From the human T2T-CHM13v2.0 reference genome, Homo sapiens, in NCBI RefSeq assembly GCF_009914755.1, contig NC_060947.1: a DNA stretch of 64,000 nucleotides. One strand, written 5' to 3'. Below the pieces are notes generated by a model, which was not told the DNA's origin, did no database searches, and worked only from the letters and a program-made list of their open reading frames with translations. Each line of letters begins with the position of its first letter. The stretch's first letter is position 1. The translations under genes were made by a program, and so were the position numbers. Positions 25,415 through 38,000 of this stretch are shown here, in pieces.

Positions 25415-28400
25415 ATGCTTCCGTTTGCCTTTTATATGAAGTTCCTTCCTATACTACCGTAGGCCTCAAAGCAGTCCAAATCTCCATTTGCAGATTCTAC
25501 AAAAAGAGTGATTCCAATCTGCTCTATCAATAGGATTGTTCAACTCCATGAGTTGAATGCCATCCTCACAAAGTCGTTTCTGAGAATGCTTCTATCTAGT
25601 TTTTATGTGAAGATATTTCCTTTTCCACCACAGGCCTCAAAGCCCTCCAAACGTCCACTTGCAGATTCTCGAAAAAGAGTGTTTCATAGCTGCTCTTTCA
25701 AAAGGAAAGTTCAACTCTGGGAGTTGAATACAAACATCACAAAGTAGTTTCCGAGAATGCTTCTGTTTAGTTTTTATGTGAAGATGATCCCGTTTCCAGT
25801 GAAATCTTCAAAGAGGTCCACATATCCCCTTGCAGATTCCAAAGAAAGAGGGTTTCAAAACTGCTCCATCAGAAGGATTGTTCAACTCTGTGAGTTGAAT
25901 GCAGTCATCGCAGAAAACTTTCTGAGAATGCTTCTGTCTAGGTTTGATGTGAAGATATAGACGTTTCAAACGAAGGCTACAAAGTGGTCAAAATATACAC
26001 TTGCAGATTCTACTACAAGGGTGTTGCAAACCTGAACTATCAAAGGAAGGTTCAACTCTGTGAGTTGAATACAAACATCACAAAGAATGTTCTGAGTTTG
26101 CTTCCGTTCAGTTATGGGAAGTTGATCCCGTTTCCAACGAAATCCTCAGAGAGGTCCAAATATCCCCTTGCAGATTCTACAAAACGTGTGTTTGGAAACT
26201 GCTCCATCATAACGAATGTTCAGCTCCCTGAGTTAAACTCCATCGTCACAAAGAATTTTCTGAGAGTGCTACCGTCTGGTTTTTATATGAAGCTCTTTCC
26301 TTCACTACCACAGACCTCAAAGCGGTCCAAATCTCCACTTGCAGATTCTACAAAAAGAGTGTTTGCAAACTGCTCTATCAAAAGGAATGTTCAACTCTGG
26401 GAGTTGAATGCAATCATCACAGAGCAGTTTCTGAGAATGCTTCTATGTCGTTTTTAGGAGAAGATATTTCCTTTTCCAACACAGTCCTCCAAGCCCGCTA
26501 AATAGCCACTTGCACATTGTAGAAAAAGTGTGTCAAAGCTGCGCTATCAAAGGGAAAGTTCAACTCTGTGAGGTGAATGCAAACATCCCAAAGAAGTTTC
26601 TGAGAATGCTTCCATTTAGCTTTTAGGTGAAGATTATCCCGTTTCCAACGAAACCTTCAAAGAGGTCCAAATATCCCCTTGCGGATCCCACAGAAAGAGT
26701 GTTTCGAAACTGCTGTTTCAAAAGGAATCTTCAACTCTGTGAGTTGAATGCAATCATCACAAAGAAGTTTCTGACAATGCTTCTCTCTCGTCTTTCTGTG
26801 AAGATAAAGGAAAAGGCTTTCAGGCCTTTTCCACCACAGGCCTGAAAGCGCTCCAAATGTCCACTTGCAGATTCTGCCAAAAGAATATTTCAAAACTGCT
26901 CTATGAAAAGCAATGTTAAACTCTGTGGCTCGAACACAAACATCACAAAGCGGTTTCTGAGAATGCTTCAGTTTAGTTTTTCTGTGGAAATATTCCCGTT
27001 TCCAAAGAAATCTTCAAAGAGGTCCACGTATCCACTTACAGATTCTACAAAAAGACAGTTTCAAAACTGCTCCATCAAAAGGAGGGTTCAACTGTGTGAC
27101 TTGAATGCAATCATCACTCAGAAGTTTCTGAGAATGCTTCTCTTTAGTTTTTACGTGAACATATACCCGTTTCGAACGAAGGCCAGCCAGTGGTCCAAAT
27201 ATCCACTTGCAGATTCTACAGAAAGAGTGTTTCGAACCTGAACTCTCAAAGGCAGGTTCATCTCTGCGAGTTAAATGCATTCATCATGAAGAACTTTCTC
27301 AGAGTGTTTGTGTTTAGTTATGGGAAATTATTCCCGTTTCCAACGAAATCCTCGGAGAGCTCCAAATATCCACCTGCAGATTCTACCAAAAGTGTATTTG
27401 GAAACTGCTCCATCAAAAGGCATGTTCAGCTCTGTGAGTGAAACTCCATCATCACAAAGAATATTCTGAGAATGCTTCCGTTTGCCTTTTATATGAAGTT
27501 CCTTCCTATACGACCGTAGGCCTCAAAGCAGTCCAAATCTCCATTTGCAGATTCTACAAAAAGAGTGATTCCAATCTGCTCTATCAATAGGATTGTTCAA
27601 CTCCATGAGTTGAATGCCATCCTCACAAAGTCGTTTCTGAGAATGCTTCTATCTAGTTTTTATGTGAAGATATTTCCTTTTCCACCACAGGCCTCAAAGC
27701 CCTCCAAACGTCCACTTGCAGTTTCTCGAAAAAGAGTGTTTCATAGCTGCTCTTTCAAAAGGAAATTTCAACTCTGGGAGTTGAATACAAACATCACAAA
27801 GTAGTTTCCGAGAATGCTTCTGTTTAGTTTTTATGTGAAGATGATCCCGTTTCCAGTGAAATCTTCAAAGAGGTCCACATATCCCCTTGCAGATTCCAAA
27901 GAAAGAGGGTTTCAAAACTGCTCCATCAGAAGGATTGTTCAACTCTGTGAGTTGAATGCAGTCATCGCAGAAAACTTTCTGAGAATGCTTCTGTCTAGGT
28001 TTGATGTGAAGATATAGACGTTTCAAACGAAGGCTACAAAGTGGTCAAAATATACACTTGCAGATTCTACTACAAGGGTGTTGCAAACCTGAACTATCAA
28101 AGGAAGGTTCAACTCTGTGAGTTGAATACAAACATCACAAAGAATGTTCTGAGTTTGCTTCCGTTCAGTTATGGGATGTTGATCCCGTTTCCAACGAAAT
28201 CCTCAGAGAGGTCCAAATATCCCCTTGCAGATTCTACAAAACGTGTGTTTGGAAACTGCTCCATCATAACGAATGTTCAGCTCCCTGAGTTAAACTCCAT
28301 CGTCAAAAAGAATTTTCTGAGAGTGCTACCGTCTGGTTTTTATATGAAGCTCTTTCCTTCACTACCACAGGCCTCAAAGCGGTCCAAATCTCCACTTCCA

Positions 28401-31400
28401 GATTCTACAAAAAGAGTGTTTGCAAACTGCTCTATCAAAAGGAATGTTCAACTCTGGGAGTTGAATGCAATCATCACAGAGCAGTTTCTGAGAATGCTTC
28501 TATGTCGTTTTTAGGAGAAGATATTTCCTTTTCCAACACAGTCCTCCAAGCCCGCTAAATAGCCACTTGCACATTGTAGAAAACGTGTGTCAAAGCTGCG
28601 CTATCAAAGGGAAAGTTCAACTCTGTGAGGTGAATGCAAACATCCCAAAGAAGTTTCTGAGAATGCTTCCGTTTAGCTTTTAGGTGAAGATTATCCCGTT
28701 TCCAACGAAATCTTCAAAGAGGTCCAAATATCCCCTTGCGGATCCCACAGAAAGAGTGTTTCGAAACTGCTGTTTCAAAAGGAATCTTCAACTCTGTGAG
28801 TTGAATGCAATCATCACAAAGAAGTTTCTGACAATGCTTCTCTCTCGTCTTTCTGTGAAGATAAAGGAAAAGGCTTTCAGGCCTTTTCCACCACAGGCCT
28901 GAAAGCGCTCCAAATGTCCACTTGCAGATTCTGCCAAAAGAATATTTCAAAACTGCTCTATGAAAAGCAATGTTAAACTCTGTGGCTCGAACACAAACAT
29001 CACAAAGCGGTTTCTGAGAATGCTTCAGTTTAGTTTTTCTGTGGAAATATTCCCGTTTCCAAAGAAATCTTCAAAGAGGTCCACGTATCCACTTACAGAT
29101 TCTACAAAAAGACAGTTTCAAAACTGCTCCATCAAAAGGAGGGTTCAACTGTGTGACTTGAATGCAATCATCACTCAGAAGTTTCTGAGAATGCTTCTCT
29201 TTAGTTTTTACGTGAACATATACCCGTTCCGAACGAAGGCCAGCCAGTGGTCCAAATATCCACTTGCAGATTCTACAGAAAGAGTGTTTCGAACCTGAAC
29301 TCTCAAAGGCAGGTTCATCTCTGCGAGTTAAATGCATTCATCATGAAGAACTTTCTCAGAGTGTTTGTGTTTAGTTATGGGAAATTATTCCCGTTTCCAA
29401 CGAAATCCTCAGAGAGCTCCAAATATCCACCTGCAGATTCTACCAAAAGTGTATTTGGAAACTGCTCCATCAAGAGGCATGTTCAGCTCTGTGAGTGAAA
29501 CACCATCATCACAAAGAATATTCTGAGAATGCTTCCGTTTGCCTTTTATATGAAGTTCCTTCCTATACGACCTTAGGCCTCAAAGCAGTCCAAATCTCCA
29601 TTTGCAGATTCTACAAAAAGAGTGATTCCAATCTGCTCTATCAATAGGATTGTTCAACTCCATGAGTTGAATGCCATCCTCACAAAGTAGTTTCTGAGAA
29701 TGCTTCTATCTAGTTTTTATGTGAAGATATTACCTTTTCCACCACAGGCCTCAAAGCCCTCCAAACGTCCACTTGCAGATTCTCGAAAAAGAGTGTTTCA
29801 TAGCTGCTCTTTCAAAAGGAAAGTTCAACTCTGGGAGTTGAATACAAACATCACAAAGTAGTTTCCGAGAATGCTTCTGTTTAGTTTTTATGTGAAGATG
29901 ATCCCGTTTCCAGTGAAATCTTCAAAGAGGTCCACATATCCCCTTGCAGATTCCAAAGAAAGAGGGTTTCAAAACTGCTCCATCAGAAGGATTGTTCAAC
30001 TCTGTGAGTTGAATGCAGTCATCGCAGAAAACTTTCTGAGAATGCTTCTGTCTAGGTTTGATGTGAAGATATAGACGTTTCAAACGAAGGCTACAAAGTG
30101 GTCAAAATATACACTTGCAGATTCTACTACAAGGGTGTTGCAAACCTGAACTATCAAAGGAAGGTTCAACTCTGTGAGTTGAATACAAACATCACAAAGA
30201 ATGTTCTGAGTTTGCTTCCGTTCAGTTATGGGAAGTTGATCCCGTTTCCAACGAAATCCTCAGAGAGGTCCAAATATCCCCTTGCAGATTCTACAAAACG
30301 TGTGTTTGGAAACTGCTCCATCATAACGAATGTTCAGCTCCCTGAGTTAAACTCCATCGTCACAAAGAATTTTCTGAGAGTGCTACCGTCTGGTTTTTAT
30401 ATGAAGCTCTTTCCTTCACTACCACAGGCCTCAAAGCGGTCCAAATCTCCACTTCCAGATTCTACAAAAAGAGTGTTTGCAAACTGCTCTATCAAAAAGA
30501 ATGTTCAACTCTGGGAGTTGAATGCAATCATCACAGAGCAGTTTCTGAGAATGCTTCTATGTCGTTTTTAGGAGAAGATATTTCCTTTTCCAACACAGTC
30601 CTCCAAGCCCGCTAAATAGCCACTTGCACATTGTAGAAAAAGTGTGTCAAAGCTGCGCTATCAAAGGGAAAGTTCAACTCTGTGAGGTGAATGCAAACAT
30701 CCTAAAGAAGTTTCTGAGAATGCTTCCGTTTAGCTTTTAGGTGAAGATTATCCCGTTTCCAACGAAACCTTCAAAGAGGTCCAAATATCCCCTTGCGGAT
30801 CCCACAGAAAGAGTGTTTCGAAACTGCTGTTTCAAAAGGAATCTTCAACTCTGTGAGTTGAATGCAACCATCACAAAGAAGTTTCTGACAATGCTTCTCT
30901 CTCGTCTTTCTGTGAAGATAAAGGAAAAGGCTTTCAGGCCTTTTCCACCACAGGCCTGAAAGCGCTCCAAGTGTCCACTTGCAGATTCTGCCAAAAGAAT
31001 ATTTCAAAACTGCTCTATGAAAAGCAATGTTAAACTCTGTGGCTCGAACACAAACATCACAAAGCGGTTTCTGAGAATGCTTCAGTTTAGTTTTTCTGTG
31101 GAAATATTCCCGTTTCCAAAGAAATCTTCAAAGAGGTCCACGCATCCACTTACAGATTCTACAAAAAGACAGTTTCAAAACTGCTCCATCAAAAGGAGGG
31201 TTCAACTGTGTGACTTGAATGCAATCATCACTCAGAAGTTTCTGAGAATGCTTCTCTTTAGTTTTTACGTGAACATATACCCGTTTCGAACGAAGGCCAG
31301 CCAGTGGTCCAAATATCCACTTGCAGATTCTACAGAAAGAGTGTTTCGAACCTGAACTCTCAAAGGCAGGTTCATCTCTGCGAGTTAAATGCATTCATCA

Positions 31401-31998
31401 TGAAGAACTTTCTCAGAGTGTTTGTGTTTAGTTATGGAAATTATTCCCGTTTCCAACGAAATCCTCAGAGAGCTCCAAATATCCACCTGCAGATTCTACC
31501 AAAAGTGTATTTGGAAACTGCTCCATCAAAAGGCATGTTCAGCTCTGTGAGTGAAACTCCATCATCACAAAGAATATTCTGAGAATGCTTCCGTTTGCCT
31601 TTTATATGAAGTTCCTTCCTATACGACCGTAGGCCTCAAAGCAGTCCAAATCTCCATTTGCAGATTCTACAAAAAGAGTGATTCCAATCTGCTCTATCAA
31701 TAGGATTGTTCAACTCCATGAGTTGAATGCCATCCTCACAAAGTAGTTTCTGAGAATGCTTCTATCTAGTTTTTATGTGAAGATATTTCCTTTTCCACCA
31801 CAGGCCTCAAAGCCCTCCAAACGTCCACTTGCAGATTCTCGAAAAAGAGTGTTTCATAGCTGCTCTTTCAAAAGGAAAGTTCAACTCTGGGAGTTGAATA
31901 CAAACATCACAAAGTAGTTTCCGAGAATGCTTCTGTTTAGTTTTTATGTGAAGATGATCCCGTTTCCAGTGAAATCTTCAAAGAGGTCCACATATCCC

Positions 31999-32016
31999 CT
32001 TGCAGATCTTGCAGAT
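31999..32016 (+). repeat. 9-bp tandem duplication within one HOR
   Basis: CTTGCAGAT twice; appears as PLADLADSK in the ORF track. Confidence 0.95.
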
Positions 32017-35000
32017 TCCAAAGAAAGAGGGTTTCAAAACTGCTCCATCAGAAGGATTGTTCAACTCTGTGAGTTGAATGCAGTCATCGCAGAAAACTTT
32101 CTGAGAATGCTTCTGTCTAGGTTTGATGTGAAGATATAGACGTTTCAAACGAAGGCTACAAAGTGGTCAAAATATACACTTGCAGATTCTACTACAAGGG
32201 TGTTGCAAACCTGAACTATCAAAGGAAGGTTCAACTCTGTGAGTTGAATACAAACATCACAAAGAATGTTCTGAGTTTGCTTCCGTTCAGTTATGGGAAG
32301 TTGATCCCGTTTCCAACGAAATCCTCAGAGAGGTCCAAATATCCCCTTGCAGATTCTACAAAACGTGTGTTTGGAAACTGCTCCATCATAACGAATGTTC
32401 AGCTCCCTGAGTTAAACTCCATCGTCACAAAGAATTTTCTGAGAGTGCTACCGTCTGGTTTTTATATGAAGTTCTTTCCTTCACTACCACAGACCTCAAA
32501 GCGGTCCAAATCTCCACTTGCAGATTCTACAAAAAGAGTGTTTGCAAACTGCTCTATCAAAAGGAATGTTCAACTCTGGGAGTTGAATGCAATCATCACA
32601 GAGCAGTTTCTGAGAATGCTTCTATGTCGTTTTTAGGAGAAGATATTTCCTTTTCCAACACAGTCCTCCAAGCCCGTTAAATAGCCACTTGCACATTGTA
32701 GAAAAAGTGTGTCAAAGCTGCGCTATCAAAGGGAAAGTTCAACTCTGTGAGGTGAATGCAAACATCCCAAAGAAGTTTCTGAGAATGCTTCCGTTTAGCT
32801 TTTAGGTGAAGATTATCCCGTTTCCAACGAAACCTTCAAAGAGGTCCAAATATCCCCTTGCGGATCCCACAGAAAGAGTGTTTCGAAACTGCTGTTTCAA
32901 AAGGAATCTTCAACTCTGTGAGTTGAATGCAATCATCACAAAGAAGTTTCTGACAATGCTTCTCTCTCGTCTTTCTGTGAAGATAAAGGAAAAGGCTTTC
33001 AGGCCTTTTCCACCACAGGCCTGAAAGCGCTCCAAATGTCCACTTGCAGATTCTGCCAAAAGAATATTTCAAAACTGCTCTATGAAAAGCAATGTTAAAC
33101 TCTGTGGCTCCAACACAAACATCACAAAGCGGTTTCTGAGAATGCTTCAGTTTAGTTTTTCTGTGGAAATATTCCCGTTTCCAAAGAAATCTTCAAAGAG
33201 GTCCACGTATCCACTTACAGATTCTACAAAAAGACAGTTTCAAAACTGCTCCATCAAAAGGAGGGTTCAACTGTGTGACTTGAATGCAATCATCACTCAG
33301 AAGTTTCTGAGAATGCTTCTCTTTAGTTTTTACGTGAACATATACCCGTTTCGAACGAAGACCAGCCAGTGGTCCAAATATCCACTTGCAGATTCTACAG
33401 AAAGAGTGTTTCGAACCTGAACTCTCAAAGGCAGGTTCATCTCTGCGAGTTAAATGCATTCATCATGAAGAACTTTCTCAGAGTGTTTGTGTTTAGTTAT
33501 GGGAAATTATTCCCATTTCCAATGAAATCCTCAGAGAGCTCCAAATATCCACCTGCAGATTCTACCAAAAGTGTATTTGGAAACTGCTCCATCAAAAGGC
33601 ATGTTCAGCTCTGTGAGTGAAACTCCATCATCACAAAGAATATTCTGAGAATGCTTCCGTTTGCCTTTTATATGAAGTTCTTTCCTATACGACCGTAGGC
33701 CTCAAAGCAGTCCAAATCTCCATTTGCAGATTCTACAAAAAGAGTGATTCCAATCTGCTCTATCAATAGGATTGTTCAACTCCATGAGTTGAATGCCATC
33801 CTCACAAAGTAGTTTCTGAGAATGCTTCTATCTAGTTTTATGTGAAGATATTTCCTTTTCCACCACAGGCCTCAAAGCCCTCCAAACGTCCACTTGCAGA
33901 TTCTCGAAAAAGAGTGTTTCATAGCTGCTCTTTCAAAAGGAAAGTTCAACTCTGGGAGTTGAATACAAACATCACAAAGTAGTTTCCGAGAATGCTTCTG
34001 TTTAGTTTTTATGTGAAGATGATCCCGTTTCCAGTGAAATCTTCAAAGAGGTCCACATATCCCCTTGCAGATTCCAAAGAAAGAGGGTTTCAAAACTGCT
34101 CCATCAGAAGGATTGTTCAACTCTGTGAGTTGAATGCAGTCATCGCAGAAAACTTTCTGAGAATGCTTCTGTCTAGGTTTGATGTGAAGATATAGACGTT
34201 TCAAACGAAGGCTACAAAGTGGTCAAAATATACACTTGCAGATTCTACTACAAGGGTGTTGCAAACCTGAACTATCAAAGGAAGGTTCAAATCTGTGAGT
34301 TGAATACAAACATCACAAAGAATGTTCTGAGTTTGCTTCCGTTCAGTTATGGGAAGTTGATCCCGTTTCCAACGAAATCCTCAGAGAGGTCCAAATATCC
34401 CCTTGCAGATTCTACAAAACGTGTGTTTGGAAACTGCTCCATCATAACGAATGTTCAGCTCCCTGAGTTAAACTCCATCGTCACAAAGAATTTTCTGAGA
34501 GTGCTACCGTCTGGTTTTTATATGAAGCTCTTTCCTTCACTACCGCAGGCCTCAAAGCGGTCCAAATCTCCACTTGCAGATTCTACAAAAAGAGTGTTTG
34601 CAAACTGCTCTATCAAAAGGAACGTTCAACTCTGGGAGTTGAATGCAATCATCACAGAGCAGTTTCTGAGAATGCTTCTATGTCGTTTTTAGGAGAAGAT
34701 ATTTCCTTTTCCAACACAGTCCTCCAAGCCCGCTAAATAGCCACTTGCACATTGTAGAAAAAGTGTGTCAAAGCTGCGCTATCAAAGGGAAAGTTCAACT
34801 CTGTGAGGTGAATGCAAACATCCCAAAGAAGTTTCTGAGAATGCTTCCGTTTAGCTTTTAGGTGAAGATTATCCCGTTTCCAACGAAACCTTCAAAGAGG
34901 TCCAAATATCCCCTTGCGGATCCCACAGAAAGAGTGTTTCGAAACTGCTGTTTCAAAAGGAATCTTCAACTCTGTGAGTTGAATGCAATCATCACAAAGA

Positions 35001-38000
35001 AGTTTCTCACAATGCTTCTCTCTCGTCTTTCTGTGAAGATAAAGGAAAAGGCTTTCAGGCCTTTTCCACCACAGGCCTGAAAGCGCTCCAAATGTCCACT
35101 TGCAGATTCTGCCAAAAGAATATTTCAAAACTGCTCTATGAAAAGCAATGTTAAACTGTGTGGCTCGAACACAAACATCACAAAGCGGTTTCTGAGAATG
35201 CTTCAGTTTAGTTTTTCTGTGGAAATATTCCCGTTTCCAAAGAAATCTTCAAAGAGGTCCACGTATCCACTTACAGATTCTACAAAAAGACAGTTTCAAA
35301 ACTGCTCCATCAAAAGGAGGGTTCAACTGTGTGACTTGAATGCAATCATCACTCAGAAGTTTCTGAGAATGCTTCTCTTTAGTTTTTACGTGAACATATA
35401 CCCGTTTCGAACGAAGGCCAGCCAGTGGTCCAAATATCCACTTGCAGATTCTACAGAAAGAGTGTTTCGAACCTGAACTCTCAAAGGCAGGTTCATCTCT
35501 GCGAGTTAAATGCATTCATCATGAAGAACTTTCTCAGAGTGTTTGTGTTTAGTTATGGGAAATTATTCCCGTTTCCAACGAAATCCTCAGAGAGCTCCAA
35601 ATATCCACCTGCAGATTCTACCAAAAGTGTATTTGGAAACTGCTCCATCAAAAGGCATGTTCAGCTCTGTGAGTGAAACTCCATCATCACAAAGAATATT
35701 CTGAGAATGCTTCCGTTTGCCTTTTATATGAAGTTCCTTCCTATACGACCGTAGGCCTCAAAGCAGTCCAAATCTCCATTTGCAGATTCTACAAAAAGAG
35801 TGATTCCAATCTGCTCTATCAATAGGATTGTTCAACTCCATGAGTTGAATGCCATCCTCACAAAGTCGTTTCTGAGAATGCTTCTATCTAGTTTTTATGT
35901 GAAGATATTTCCTTTTCCACCACAGGCCTCAAAGCCCTCCAAACGTCCACTTGCAGATTCTCGAAAAAGAGAGTTTCATAGCTGCTCTTTCAAAAGGAAA
36001 GTTCAACTCTGGGAGTTGAATACAAACATCACAAAGTAGTTTCCGAGAATGCTTCTGTTTAGTTTTTATGTGAAGATGATCCCGTTTCCAGTGAAATCTT
36101 CAAAGAGGTCCACATATCCCCTTGCAGATTCCAAAGAAAGTGGGTTTCAAAACTGCTCCATCAGAAGGATTGTTCAACTCTGTGAGTTGAATGCAGTCAT
36201 CGCAGAAAACTTTCTGAGAATGCTTCTGTCTAGGTTTGATGTGAAGATATAGACGTTTCAAACGAAGGCTACAAAGTGGTCAAAATATACACTTGCAGAT
36301 TCTACTACAAGGGTGTTGCAAACCTGAACTATCAAAGGAAGGTTCAACCCTGTGAGTTGAATACAAACATCACAAAGAATGTTCTGAGTTTGCTTCCGTT
36401 CAGTTATGGGAAGTTGATCCCGTTTCCAACGAAATCCTCAGAGAGGTCCAAATATCCCCTTGCAGATTCTACAAAACGTGTGTTTGGAAACTGCTCCATC
36501 ATAACGAATGTTCAGCTCCCTGAGTTAAACTCCATCGTCACAAAGAATTTTCTGAGAGTGCTACCGTCTGGTTTTTATATGAAGCTCTTTCCTTCACTAC
36601 CACAGGCCTCAAAGCGGTCCAAATCTCCACTTGCAGATTCTACAAAAAGAGTGTTTGCAAACTGCTCTATCAAAAGGAACGTTCAACTCTGGGAGTTGAA
36701 TGCAATCATCACAGAGCAGTTTCTGAGAATGCTTCTATGTCGTTTTTAGGAGAAGATATTTCCTTTTCCAACACAGTCCTCCAAGCCCGCTAAATAGCCA
36801 CTTGCACATTGTAGAAAAAGTGTGTCAAAGCTGCGCTATCAAAGGGAAAGTTCAACTCTGTGAGGTGAAAGCAAACATCCCAAAGAAGTTTCTGAGAATG
36901 CTTCCGTTTAGCTTTTAGGTGAAGATTATCCCGTTTCCAACGAAACCTTCAAAGAGGTCCAAATATCCCCTTGCGGATCCCACAGAAAGAGTGTTTCGAA
37001 ACTGCTGTTTCAAAAGGAATCTTCAACTCTGAGTTGAATGCAATCATCACAAAGAAGTTTCTGACAATGCTTCTCTCTCGTCTTTCTGTGAAGATAAAGG
37101 AAAAGGCTTTCAGGCCTTTTCCACCACAGGCCTGAAAGCGCTCCAAATGTCCACTTGCAGATTCTGCCAAAAGAATATTTCAAAACTGCTCTATGAAAAG
37201 CAATGTTAAACTCTGTGGCTCGAACACAAACATCACAAAGCGGTTTCTGAGAATGCTTCAGTTTAGTTTTTCTGTGGAAATATTCCCGTTTCCAAAGAAA
37301 TCTTCAAAGAGGTCCACGTATCCACTTACAGATTCTACAAAAAGACAGTTTCAAAACTGCTCCATCAAAAGGAGGGTTCAACTGTGTGACTTGAATGCAA
37401 TCATCACTCAGAAGTTTCTGAGAATGCTTCTCTTTAGTTTTTACGTGAACATATACCCGTTTCGAACGAAGGCCAGCCAGTGGTCCAAATATCCACTTGC
37501 AGATTCTACAGAAAGAGTGTTTCGAACCTGAACTCTCAAAGGCAGGTTCATCTCTGCGAGTTAAATGCATTCATCATGAAGAACTTTCTCAGAGTGTTTG
37601 TGTTTAGTTATGGGAAATTATTCCCGTTTCCAACGAAATCCTCGGAGAGCTCCAAATATCCACCTGCAGATTCTACCAAAAGTGTATTTGGAAACTGCTC
37701 CATCAAAAGGCATGTTCAGCTCTGTGAGTGAAACTCCACCATCACAAAGAATATTCTGAGAATGCTTCCGTTTGCCTTTTATATGAAGTTCCTTCCTATA
37801 CGACCGTAGGCCTCAAAGCAGTCCAAATCTCCATTTGCAGATTGTACAAAAAGAGTGATTCCAATCTGCTCTATCAATAGGATTGTTCAACTACATGAGT
37901 TGAATGCCATCCTCACAAAGTAGTTTCTGAGAATGCTTCTATCTAGTTTTTATGTGAAGATATTTCTTTTCCACCACAGGCCTCAAAGCCCTCCAAACGT

